A DNA stretch of 54,933 nucleotides from positions 1 through 54,933 of the IMG/VR virus record IMGVR_UViG_3300032332_000594. The stretch is one strand, 5' to 3'. The notes beneath the pieces are model-generated. The model searched no databases, had not been told where the DNA came from, and was given only the letters and a program-made list of their open reading frames with translations. Positions 45,626-54,114 of the stretch are shown here, in pieces; within the stretch, counting starts at the first letter, position 1, and each line of letters starts with the position of its first letter. The translations under genes were made by a program, and so were the position numbers. The DNA comes from a virus (lineage: Duplodnaviria; Caudoviricetes).

Positions 45626-46424
45626 ATAAGGATCCGAAATTAATCGAAACCTTTACCTCACTCCCACAGTCAGGGCATTCAACTGTAAGGTCATCCATCT
45701 GTGGTCCGGGATTAATTTCGCCAATCTTGTCACCAATTGCTCGGCGGTCTGCAATTCCAAGATTCTGAATCTGAGCCCGACCAAAGACTGGTCGACCGTC
45801 AATTGAGGTGACCGTATTCTGAAGAAGGATGGTAGTCATTTCTGCTACCGTCTTATCTGTACTTAAGAACAACTCTTTTTGAGTAACACCTGTAGGTAGA
45901 ACCACTGTGTACTCATTTGACTTACCTTCAACGGTGAATGACCGAGTAAAAGGGTCATCCAACTTCCTAGTCTTAATGTCATCATTAACATTAATCTCAA
46001 CAGTCTTAACGTCATCGCAGCCGTCACAATAGGCTGGAAGTTCAGCGGTATCCCCAAAAGTTGCTTTGTAGATGCCAAGAAGGAGAGCGTCACGGTCACC
46101 TGAAAGAAGTTCATCAAGAACTTTTTCAGTAGCCTTTTGGTCTCCTACGGACACTACTCCACGAGAAAGGATAAGCATTAGCGCACGGCCAATGTTGCTC
46201 ATTTTAGAGATGGCTTCTTCATCCTTTCCTGTGAGTTCACGCACTTCTGCGTAGGTGTGAACCTCCCCGTCAAGCGTCAAATACCCGCCGGGGAGAGTCA
46301 CAACGTTTTCATTTGCCAATTCGATACTTGCTTCAACAACCTCTGGTTTTTCTTCAACAATCTGACTAATCAAATCGTTGGCTAAATCAGGGTTACTTGC
46401 CGCACTAAATGTTGTAGTTTCCAT
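45615..46424 (-). CDS. tail assembly chaperone (T4 gp26-like, zinc-binding)
   Basis: RELTG.DEE, GDRD.LL and two CxxC motifs; between tube and tape measure. Confidence 0.8.
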   Translation of the reverse strand: METTTFSAASNPDLANDLISQIVEEKPEVVEASIELANENVVTLPGGYLTLDGEVHTYAEVRELTGKDEEAISKMSNIGRALMLILSRGVVSVGDQKATEKVLDELLSGDRDALLLGIYKATFGDTAELPAYCDGCDDVKTVEINVNDDIKTRKLDDPFTRSFTVEGKSNEYTVVLPTGVTQKELFLSTDKTVAEMTTILLQNTVTSIDGRPVFGRAQIQNLGIADRRAIGDKIGEINPGPQMDDLTVECPDCGSEVKVSINFGSLFRF

Positions 46425-46444
46425 TTTTTATTCCTTATGTATTA

Positions 46445-47116
46445 TTAGTTTTTGTTAGAACCGTAAGCGTCAAAGTCAGCAGCAGTAGTGGTTAGGTTTT
46501 CAGCCCAGTTAAGGTCAAAACCTTCATGTACCAAAGTCATCTGCTCTACGAGCAAAGCGTTGTCACCAGCGTTTAGGTCTGAGTAAGCAATGCTTGTTGG
46601 CCATGCGTTGTACACCTGAAAACGCATTGCAACATGGTCATCATACGCAGTGGCAGCACTATTTTGTAGCCCTGTAACATTAGGAGAAAAACCTCCCTGC
46701 AAGTCTGTTGCCCCACCCGAAATAGGGTGAGACAAAACCGCAATCTCAATGTCACATCTAAAATCAGTAGACTGAGTAGTAGCGTTGTTAGCGCCTGTTC
46801 CACTTACTGTGCGGAATAGTTGACGCATCCAATCCCAGTGCTGCTTAGAGCCCAACATTACTCCTCGCTGAAGAGTAATTGGTGAGAACTGAGTCTGCCC
46901 CGGCAACTGATGAACAGTGGTGTTGTAACCACCTTCACGGTAAGGGATAGAGTCAGTAGTGAGCGCCAAGCCAGACACAGATGTAAATCCCATCGTGGCT
47001 TGGAACTCAACCGCATTCTTTAACCCATCTGAATGAGGTTTGAAAGTAACCAAAAACCTAAAGTTTCTGATTGGATCTGTTGTTAAGTTAGAACGGTTAT
47101 TAACAATCTGAGCCAT
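46445..47116 (-). CDS. tail tube protein (T4 gp19/Afp1-like)
   Basis: DP.RNFRF, GF..VSGL, YREGG, ITL.RG and AWP...DLNA motifs. Confidence 0.93.
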   Translation of the reverse strand: MAQIVNNRSNLTTDPIRNFRFLVTFKPHSDGLKNAVEFQATMGFTSVSGLALTTDSIPYREGGYNTTVHQLPGQTQFSPITLQRGVMLGSKQHWDWMRQLFRTVSGTGANNATTQSTDFRCDIEIAVLSHPISGGATDLQGGFSPNVTGLQNSAATAYDDHVAMRFQVYNAWPTSIAYSDLNAGDNALLVEQMTLVHEGFDLNWAENLTTTAADFDAYGSNKN

Positions 47117-47135
47117 TAGTTAACCTGTCCCTTTC

Positions 47136-48644
47136 CTAGTTAGTAGTCTTTTGACTAAGGTTAATGACAATAAACTCTGCTGGGTACTGCAAAGCCACGC
47201 CAACTTCAATGTGAACTTCTCCATTTTGAATTGTAGTTGGGGTGTTATTTTCTGCATCTACCTTGATGTAGAACGCATCGCCCAAGGTATTGCCAGCCAA
47301 GCCACCTTGGTTGTAGTACTGGGTAAGGAATACTGCAACCTGTGTGCGAATCTGTGCCCACAAACGTGAGTCATTGTTTTCAAACAAAGCAAAAGACGTC
47401 AAGTCTTTTAGAGAGTTGTTCAAGTAATTAAGTGAACGGCGAATGTTCACGTAACGGTTTGCTGAACCATCCTGCTTAGTTGTGCGAGCACCCATGATTA
47501 CAAGTCCTGCGCCCGGGATAGAGCGAAGGGCATTCAGAGGCTTAGAGGCAGCAGCAAACGTATCAAGATCAGAACTTGATACAGCAGTTTCAAGAGCAAT
47601 GGCTCCACTGATTTTTGCTTTCAAACCAGCAGGTGCCTTGAAGACTCCTGCATTAGCATCCGTGTCTAGGTAGGTACCTGCTACTGCGCCTGAAGGACCA
47701 ATAAGACGTGTAGAAGATGTGCCACGACCAATTGGGTCTGAAATGTAAATGTGAGGGTAGTATGCAGCAGAGAAGTATGAGGAACCTAAAGAGTCAGCCC
47801 AACCTTGCGCTGTAGGTGTGCTTGTGGATGTAAGACCGGCGTCAGTTTCTACAATGACAAACCCATTGTTTGACTCTGCAAAGGTTACAGCAGCCGAGTA
47901 AGCGGTGCGTGCATCACTGTCAGTTGAAAGCGTCGTGTTTACTCCCGGCAAGAAAATAACCAACGGACGAGTAATAGACCCAAACGCAGATGAGAATACG
48001 TTGTAATCAGCGGCTGCAATTGAACCACCGTCATTACCGTTGGTAAACGGTACAACGGTTGACACAGGAGTTCCGTTAGTACCCACAGTCACGCTAAACC
48101 TAGACGAGACAGTATTGATGACTGTTGCAATGTAGTCTGAAGAGGTTGTAGGAGTAAAGACTACATTGTCATAAGTTTCACGAATAATATCATCACCGTA
48201 GTTGCTAGGACCTGAGATACCAGCCTCTTCGGTAAGCACTACCTTCCAAGTGTTTGCGGCACTTCCTGCAGTTACCTGCACGCGCAAGTTGTTTCCATCG
48301 GTACCTTTGCTCTTTGAAGTAGCGGTGAATACGGTTACCGCACCACTGGTCTGCACTACGGCACTAGCAGCAACAGCGCCTGAACCAAGGATGCGCTTCA
48401 CGTAAAGTTCGCGCCCACCGTTCTGGAAGAAAGATGCTACCTGAAAAGTTGCGGGGTATGAAGAATTGTAAGTACCAAAGTTCTGAACGAACTGATACCA
48501 AGATGTAACTAGAGTAGTTGTTTCCGGTCCTTTTGGAAGCGGAGCAACGATTGCAGCAGCGGCGTCAGACGTCGCAGCATTCGTGATTGGGGCTGGAAGG
48601 GTACTCTCTGAGATGTACACTCCCGGGCGGGTGTAACCAGCCAT
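47136..48644 (-). CDS. contractile tail sheath protein
   Basis: RPGVYI.E, FF.NGG, KAPA, GART, YVNIRR, FE.N and PAEFI motifs. Confidence 0.96.
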   Translation of the reverse strand: MAGYTRPGVYISESTLPAPITNAATSDAAAAIVAPLPKGPETTTLVTSWYQFVQNFGTYNSSYPATFQVASFFQNGGRELYVKRILGSGAVAASAVVQTSGAVTVFTATSKSKGTDGNNLRVQVTAGSAANTWKVVLTEEAGISGPSNYGDDIIRETYDNVVFTPTTSSDYIATVINTVSSRFSVTVGTNGTPVSTVVPFTNGNDGGSIAAADYNVFSSAFGSITRPLVIFLPGVNTTLSTDSDARTAYSAAVTFAESNNGFVIVETDAGLTSTSTPTAQGWADSLGSSYFSAAYYPHIYISDPIGRGTSSTRLIGPSGAVAGTYLDTDANAGVFKAPAGLKAKISGAIALETAVSSSDLDTFAAASKPLNALRSIPGAGLVIMGARTTKQDGSANRYVNIRRSLNYLNNSLKDLTSFALFENNDSRLWAQIRTQVAVFLTQYYNQGGLAGNTLGDAFYIKVDAENNTPTTIQNGEVHIEVGVALQYPAEFIVINLSQKTTN

Positions 48645-48687
48645 GTGGGTTTCTCCTAACTGAGGGGTTTACTGAGGGGGGTCCGAA

Positions 48688-49314
48688 TTATCCTGTTATT
48701 GTGAATGTTTCTTCGTATTTATTTCGCGCAGCCTCCGTAGTGGCAATCTGCGTGACATTAACCGAAAGCACCTTGTAGAGTTCCTTCAAGTTTTGTACAG
48801 GTAGTTCACTTGATACCCGTACAGTTATTGAATTGACAAAGAGGCGTTTACCATTCTCTGTCGCATCTCGCTTCGCAACGTCTAGGACGTCCAGTCGGCG
48901 TACCGTTCCATCATCTGGCTCAAGTGTGCCAAAACGTAACGGAAGTTTAAGCCCAAGTACTTGACCAAGAATCTCTCGGTCATGACGAGGTTGTCGTGAG
49001 TAAGTGCTAACTTGGTAGTCCAAATTAACTGGGATTGGAATGTCAATCTCCCAGCCTTTGTCTTCATCCAAGTTAGCAGGGGCTAAGTAGTCTGGGGCTG
49101 CCTTGCCGCGCATGGCACGTTGACGGTCTTCAGATACATCAATCAAATCAACAGTCACATAGGGGTAAGACTGATTTCTAATCTCTAGGTCAGGCTGACC
49201 AAACCACACACCGACAGGGCGAGTAGTCGTTGTAGAGCCTGCCTTTTGGTCAGTAACTGTCATACCTAGCAACTTATTGCGCAAGGCTAAGTCTTCAGAA
49301 AGAATAAAGGTCAT
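48688..49314 (-). CDS. tail terminator/neck protein
   Basis: YP.VT.DL.D and P.PVNLDYQV motifs; immediately upstream of sheath; ATGA coupling. Confidence 0.7.
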   Translation of the reverse strand: MTFILSEDLALRNKLLGMTVTDQKAGSTTTTRPVGVWFGQPDLEIRNQSYPYVTVDLIDVSEDRQRAMRGKAAPDYLAPANLDEDKGWEIDIPIPVNLDYQVSTYSRQPRHDREILGQVLGLKLPLRFGTLEPDDGTVRRLDVLDVAKRDATENGKRLFVNSITVRVSSELPVQNLKELYKVLSVNVTQIATTEAARNKYEETFTITG

Positions 49315-49640
49315 AGTGACTTCCCGAGGGTATGCCACACATACCCTGTGAAGTACTTCTCAGCGTCTTGTGTGCGGTTACCTACACGGCGAATAACGGC
49401 GGAAGGTCGGGTTGTTTCAGTACCGTATTCTAAACGGTCTACGTTATCCTGCTCGTCTTCAGGAACCTCTACAGCAAAGCCTTTACCGGTAAACTTAACT
49501 TGAGCAGCAGTCGCTGAGTTACCCCACTCGTTTTTCTGGGCTTCAGCATGAATCTGAGCCGTTAAAAACTCAGCAGTAGCGTTAGCAGACGCATGTACTG
49601 CTTGAATATACTTGGTTAAACCTGTTGCTTTGTCAATCAT
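49311..49640 (-). CDS. putative tail completion/neck protein
   Basis: LEYGT....P motif; position in module. Confidence 0.55.
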   Translation of the reverse strand: MIDKATGLTKYIQAVHASANATAEFLTAQIHAEAQKNEWGNSATAAQVKFTGKGFAVEVPEDEQDNVDRLEYGTETTRPSAVIRRVGNRTQDAEKYFTGYVWHTLGKSL

Positions 49641-49813
49641 TTACGAGGGTCCTTAGAGAGGATCTTTGCACCCAAGTAACCTGTAACTAGCCCTACCGTA
49701 AACGGTTTGCTTTTAGAAGGTTTAGTGGAAAAAAAGACTCCCTGAAGGAACTCATCACGCTCTTCGGCTGAATCCATCTCAGCCAAACGCTGGTACCAAC
49801 GCTTATACGCCAT
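49637..49813 (-). CDS. small hypothetical protein
   Basis: AAGGA RBS; ATGA coupling. Confidence 0.65.
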   Translation of the reverse strand: MAYKRWYQRLAEMDSAEERDEFLQGVFFSTKPSKSKPFTVGLVTGYLGAKILSKDPRK

Positions 49814-49878
49814 GGCACACATCCTTACGCAAATAAAATCAACTAGCAGCAGAGAGTCCGAAAACCCGTGTCTATTGA

Positions 49879-49908
49879 AGAGTAAACAATAAAAGGCTGT
49901 GTGTCAGC
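49879..49908 (-). promoter_or_regulatory. recurring promoter GCTGAC-N18-TACTCT heading the tail operon
   Basis: Directly after a terminator; same spacing as the other copies. Confidence 0.7.
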
Positions 49909-49910
49909 AT

Positions 49911-49944
49911 AAAAAGAAAAAGCCCCCAAAAAGGGGGCTTCTTC
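49911..49944 (-). terminator. intrinsic terminator
   Basis: AAGCCCCC-TTTTT-GGGGGCTT followed by a T-tract. Confidence 0.9.
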
Positions 49945-49956
49945 ATTATTAAGTTA

Positions 49957-50238
49957 TTAGTTCTTGCGAGGAGCAGCCTTCTTGGCTGGTGCCTTGGTTG
50001 CTGCTGCCTTCTTGGCAGGAGCCTTCTTTGCTGGTGGAGTTACCTTTTCACTTAGAGTGTATGCAAAAGTAGCAACCTCATTAACAGCATCTGTAATCTG
50101 ACTGAAAGACTCTTCAAGGTCAGTATTAAGGTACTTACGGTAATCCGCGATACTTGACTTGTGCTTCAAGTGACTCACGTACACAAGCGCTAGACCAGCG
50201 TATGAGAGGAGTGTTCCAATAACGAGTAGTTTATCCAA
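49957..50238 (-). CDS. membrane-anchored protein with PAKKA (histone H1-like) tail; start re-called at TTG 50238
   Basis: N-terminal hydrophobic helix; PAKKAPAKKAAATKAPAKKAAPRKN. Confidence 0.7.
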   Translation of the reverse strand: MDKLLVIGTLLSYAGLALVYVSHLKHKSSIADYRKYLNTDLEESFSQITDAVNEVATFAYTLSEKVTPPAKKAPAKKAAATKAPAKKAAPRKN

Positions 50239-50239
50239 C

Positions 50240-50347
50240 TTACTTGCCCTTCTTCTTTGAAGCCGCCTTCTTTGGTGCGTACTTCCCTGTTTTGCAAATG
50301 CCTTTACAATTAGGCTTCTTGCAACTACATCCACATGATGTACACAT
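50240..50347 (-). CDS. 35-aa Cys/Lys-rich peptide (not in ORF track)
   Basis: MCTSCGCSCKKPNCKGICKTGKYAPKKAASKKKGK; GGAG upstream. Confidence 0.7.
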   Translation of the reverse strand: MCTSCGCSCKKPNCKGICKTGKYAPKKAASKKKGK

Positions 50348-50382
50348 AACTATATTCTCCGTTTCTTCTGTATGTCAAGTTA

Positions 50383-50916
50383 CTACTGGGCGTAACTTTG
50401 AAATTGAGGGTCATTGACCATTTCTTCAGGGTTAACCTGATTACAGTCAACAGTAACTACTGCAAAGTCTAGCCCCAGATGCCCGCGTGGGTACACCTTA
50501 ATAGGGATAAAAACTTCATTTCTAAATACAATACGGTCTTTAATATGACTATCTGGGCGTACTGTTAAGTCAGGAAGTAACGGCATAATGTCACCGACGT
50601 TCAGTACAATACGCAAAGTATCAGTATTGTAGAAACCACGCTCATTTTGAACAATCTGTCCTTGAAACAACTGAGCGGTGATAGCAGGTACTGAGAGTTT
50701 ATCTTTCCAACGACGCCCTTTTCCCGGGGTAGGATTAGAAGTATCGTAGATATCATCAACTACATCGGTTGTATGTGCGGCTAAGTAAGCGGCATCCCAG
50801 ACATACCAATCCAAAGCAACGCCTACAGGGTCACGAAGTTCGTCAGTCATACCCTCATACATGGAATCCCGCTCATATGGGATGGTAAACCTACCTTGGA
50901 TTTTTGTACCACGCAT
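50383..50916 (-). CDS. putative head closure/head-tail joining protein
   Basis: D.IYD and DRIVFRNEVF pattern; located in neck region. Confidence 0.55.
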   Translation of the reverse strand: MRGTKIQGRFTIPYERDSMYEGMTDELRDPVGVALDWYVWDAAYLAAHTTDVVDDIYDTSNPTPGKGRRWKDKLSVPAITAQLFQGQIVQNERGFYNTDTLRIVLNVGDIMPLLPDLTVRPDSHIKDRIVFRNEVFIPIKVYPRGHLGLDFAVVTVDCNQVNPEEMVNDPQFQSYAQ

Positions 50917-52715
50917 TAGGAAACCCAGTACGTTCCTTGAACGACCAAGATGTCAGTAGATGTCCAAGTAAATGGTACGGAATTAGTTAATGGGTTATCG
51001 TAACCATTGTTTACAAGGTCAGGGAACCTTACTTGAATGCCTGATGAGTTAATTCGGGCAGTGCCTCCCTTAGTACCTGTCCCTGTATCAATGGCTAGTG
51101 CGGGACCTACGAACTCTCCATTAGGGGTAGAAGGAAGGGAGATCGTTGCAGCGTTAGTGCCAAAAGTGCCTGTTCCTCTAAGAATGCTTACATATACGTT
51201 AACCATTTTACCTACTTGCTGGTAAAAGGCTCCAATAGACATTCCTGTCTGATTAACACTTGTGCCTGTCACAGTGACTGTTGAAGAGTAATCTGTCCAT
51301 GAAGTTGGGGTAGTGTACTTCGCATCAAGTTTTGCTTGTAGCCCTGCTACGGCAGAGACATCGGAAGAAGTAACGGTACCAAGGTTTGTTGTGATAGACC
51401 CTGTACTTCCTAGGGCAAGTACACCGTTGGCATCAATAGTTACTGTTTTACTAGATGCTCCGATGTTTCCGTAGAAAGTTCCAGCGTACACATTGCTAGA
51501 AGCATCACGAGCCACGATAGTGCTGGCGTTGCTAGATGAGTCGACACCAAGACCTGCGCCCAAAACTCCTGTAGAAGAGACCTGCGCAACACGGGTACCT
51601 GTACCAGTAAGAGGTGTGGTCACTGTTCCAGTAAACGTTGGGCTTGCCTTAATAGCGTAGGTAGCAGAGATGTCTGGGATATCATTTGGTACCAGTGTGG
51701 TACCAGCAGTTACTCGCCCTTTAGCATCTACAGTTACCTTTGGGTAAGTACCTGCGGTTACCGCTGTATTAGACAAGGTCAAGTTAGTAGTAGAACCAAG
51801 CGTTCCAGTTACATCTCCAGTCACAGTCCCTGAAGGGACAGCCGTAATAGTTACTGAGTTGCCCAAAGCAACTGATGACTCGTTAATAGTAATGCTTGAG
51901 TACTGCAACTTAGCGTTAGTTACATTGCCGTCAAGGATAGACGCGGTGACTACAGAATTTGTTTTTGGGTTACGAGTGTCTGTAAGACGAGAGTCTGTTC
52001 CATAAACTACTTGAGTAACAGAAGCATCGCCAGTTGCTGGGATGTTCTTAGTAGCCGCCGTACCAAGGTCAGAAATCTTACTTGCAGTAAGAGTAGGAAT
52101 GTCACTGGCTGAAAGAGTCGTGCCAGAGGTTACGCGACCTTTAGAGTCTGTCGTTACCTTTGTGTACGTACCCGCAGTACCGACCGCAGCCAACGTAGGG
52201 TTAGGGTAAGACCCTGTTAAGTCACCCGCTGTAATGGTTCCTGAAGGGGACGCTGAAATAGTGATGCCTGTCGGGTCACCTAGCGTTACATCAGTGCTAT
52301 TAATACGCACATAAGAGTATTGAAGTTTGGCATTGGTAATGGCACCGTCTGCAACCTTACCTGTTGTCACTGACAAATCGGTTGGCGTACGAGTATCGGA
52401 CAATCGGGAGTCAGTAGTAATTACCGCCGTGCCCGTAATCTTTGATGGGCTCAACCCACCAGTTGCAATGGTGGAGTCTGTTACAGACCCTGCAGATGGT
52501 GTGCGGGTATTTGATAGCCGACTATCTGTAGTGATTACTGCTGTACCAGAAATCTTGGCTGGATCAATAGCAGCCCCTGTTGCAATGTCTACATCTACAA
52601 TAGTGCCATCAGCAATCTTACCTGAAGTAACTGCACCATCTGCAATTTTAGAATTAGTTACAGCATTATCGGCAATTCCATTTGTTTTAGGAACGCCATT
52701 AATGGAGATAGCCAT
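50916..52715 (-). CDS. tail fibre/virion appendage protein with internal repeats
   Basis: IADGAVT..K, TDSRL..TR.P x3, D.KGRVT.G x2 and TNAKLQYS x2. Confidence 0.8.
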   Translation of the reverse strand: MAISINGVPKTNGIADNAVTNSKIADGAVTSGKIADGTIVDVDIATGAAIDPAKISGTAVITTDSRLSNTRTPSAGSVTDSTIATGGLSPSKITGTAVITTDSRLSDTRTPTDLSVTTGKVADGAITNAKLQYSYVRINSTDVTLGDPTGITISASPSGTITAGDLTGSYPNPTLAAVGTAGTYTKVTTDSKGRVTSGTTLSASDIPTLTASKISDLGTAATKNIPATGDASVTQVVYGTDSRLTDTRNPKTNSVVTASILDGNVTNAKLQYSSITINESSVALGNSVTITAVPSGTVTGDVTGTLGSTTNLTLSNTAVTAGTYPKVTVDAKGRVTAGTTLVPNDIPDISATYAIKASPTFTGTVTTPLTGTGTRVAQVSSTGVLGAGLGVDSSSNASTIVARDASSNVYAGTFYGNIGASSKTVTIDANGVLALGSTGSITTNLGTVTSSDVSAVAGLQAKLDAKYTTPTSWTDYSSTVTVTGTSVNQTGMSIGAFYQQVGKMVNVYVSILRGTGTFGTNAATISLPSTPNGEFVGPALAIDTGTGTKGGTARINSSGIQVRFPDLVNNGYDNPLTNSVPFTWTSTDILVVQGTYWVS

Positions 52716-53041
52716 TAGACAATCTCCGATCCAAACACGTTAAAACTAAAGTCAGCGCTTGAAGCGTACACGTAAACTTTGTAACCCGCGTCCAGTGTCA
52801 TACCTAGGGTGTAGGCTACAGTGCTCTTTGCGTCTAGCGATGAGTCATACACAACGTAACTTGCATTACCAACGGTAGTGTTAGTAACGGCAATTCGGTA
52901 AGTTCCTGCTGTAGACGCGTTTCGGTTACACACGGTAATCGTAGAAACCACAGCCGATGTGCTAGTAGGAACTGTGTAAACTAGTGTAGATGTAGTGGCT
53001 GCTGGAGCGCTCTGAGCCAATACCTTATAGTTAGTTGCCAT
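52715..53041 (-). CDS. small beta-rich virion protein
   Basis: YTVP....VV.TITVCN...FGSEI pattern; coupled to the fibre gene. Confidence 0.65.
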   Translation of the reverse strand: MATNYKVLAQSAPAATTSTLVYTVPTSTSAVVSTITVCNRNASTAGTYRIAVTNTTVGNASYVVYDSSLDAKSTVAYTLGMTLDAGYKVYVYASSADFSFNVFGSEIV

Positions 53042-53070
53042 AATCGGCCTTTCAAATAGGGTCTAAATAG

Positions 53071-53100
53071 ACAATACTTGTTTATTAGGGATTAGTCAGC
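53071..53100 (-). promoter_or_regulatory. recurring promoter GCTGAC-N18-TATTGT
   Basis: Intergenic; same spacing as the other copies. Confidence 0.7.
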
Positions 53101-53102
53101 CT

Positions 53103-53222
53103 TTAAGGGCGCAAACTAGTCTTGTCGATACCAACGTTGGCATCCTGTAGGCACTCCCAGTAAGACTCGTGGTCTTGGGTAGGGCATCCTGATCGACATT
53201 TTGATGGTTCATTAGTTGCCAT
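53103..53222 (-). CDS. 39-aa Cys/His peptide (not in ORF track)
   Basis: AAGGAG RBS; MATNEPSKCRSGCPTQDHESYWECLQDANVGIDKTSLRP. Confidence 0.8.
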   Translation of the reverse strand: MATNEPSKCRSGCPTQDHESYWECLQDANVGIDKTSLRP

Positions 53223-53223
53223 G

Positions 53224-53961
53224 TTATTCTCCTTGTAAGGGGGCTCTTACGTCCCGTAGCGAGTATGTTGAGTCTACGTTAGATGGGTTGCATTGTCCTG
53301 AATAAAGAGGAGAAGGAGCATACACATTAAAGATGTCTTCTTGTTTAAAAAAGAACCAATCTGCAGGCAAAGAAAGTTCTTTTTCTACAAGGTCGATGGC
53401 TTTTTTAGCGCCTTGTTTTGTTAATAAATAACAACCCAAAGAGCATAATTGATAGGCTTTACATACTGAGACCGCCCCTACATCGTGCGCGGGCGTGTGC
53501 GCTCCAAGTTCTCCAAGAGGAACATGAGCAGTAAACATATCCCAACCAGCAGGTAAGTCACCAAGATAGACGTCTAATGCTTCTAAAAAGTTGCTGTAAA
53601 CAAACAGGTCATCTTCTGCAAGAAGCACTACATCAGCATCAGATTCCATAAAGTTTTTCCACGCCAAGTAGTTACTTGCTAGAATTCCAACTTCCCCAAA
53701 AAGCCAACCAGTAGCGCCGCTAGGGTCGGTATAACCATCAAGGTTTAATTTGAACTTTGGGTTTTCAGATAAAAAACTGGATACTTCTTCTTGATTAGAA
53801 ATACGAATAGTAGGAGTTTCTAATTTAATAAACTTTGTAGATAAAACAGCATCAAGAGCGTCGTATGTCTTTTGTCTATTAATAGACTCTTCCAAATGAA
53901 AGATGTTGTAAACAATCTTTGAGTTAATAATGATAAACCTCTTTACGCGGAGAATCGCCAA
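53224..53961 (-). CDS. glycosyltransferase family 25-like protein (start uncertain)
   Basis: GEVG..AS...AW, LLAEDD, YLLT..GAKK and PADW motifs. Confidence 0.8.
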   Translation of the reverse strand: MAILRVKRFIIINSKIVYNIFHLEESINRQKTYDALDAVLSTKFIKLETPTIRISNQEEVSSFLSENPKFKLNLDGYTDPSGATGWLFGEVGILASNYLAWKNFMESDADVVLLAEDDLFVYSNFLEALDVYLGDLPAGWDMFTAHVPLGELGAHTPAHDVGAVSVCKAYQLCSLGCYLLTKQGAKKAIDLVEKELSLPADWFFFKQEDIFNVYAPSPLYSGQCNPSNVDSTYSLRDVRAPLQGE

Positions 53962-54104
53962 ATGACTTTAATTGGAGCAACGTTGTCAGAGTTATACGTA
54001 AAGGTTGGAGGAGTAGTAACAAAGTCACTTGTAACTCCCGATGCACGGTACGTATTATTTCCAAGGAAGTCTGCGGACAGTAGGTTGTTGAAGTCGATTG
54101 CCAT
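53943..54104 (-). CDS. 53-aa hypothetical protein (not in ORF track)
   Basis: AAGGA RBS; MAIDFNNLLSADFLGNNTYRASG...IKVIWRFSA. Confidence 0.7.
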   Translation of the reverse strand: MAIDFNNLLSADFLGNNTYRASGVTSDFVTTPPTFTYNSDNVAPIKVIWRFSA

Positions 54105-54114
54105 TTGTTTTTCC

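Noticed and set aside
34801-49314. Bacterial eCIS/tailocin locus rather than a phage tail
   Set aside because: It is contiguous with a complete phage replication module and phage-style gene packing, and no Afp15-like ATPase was seen
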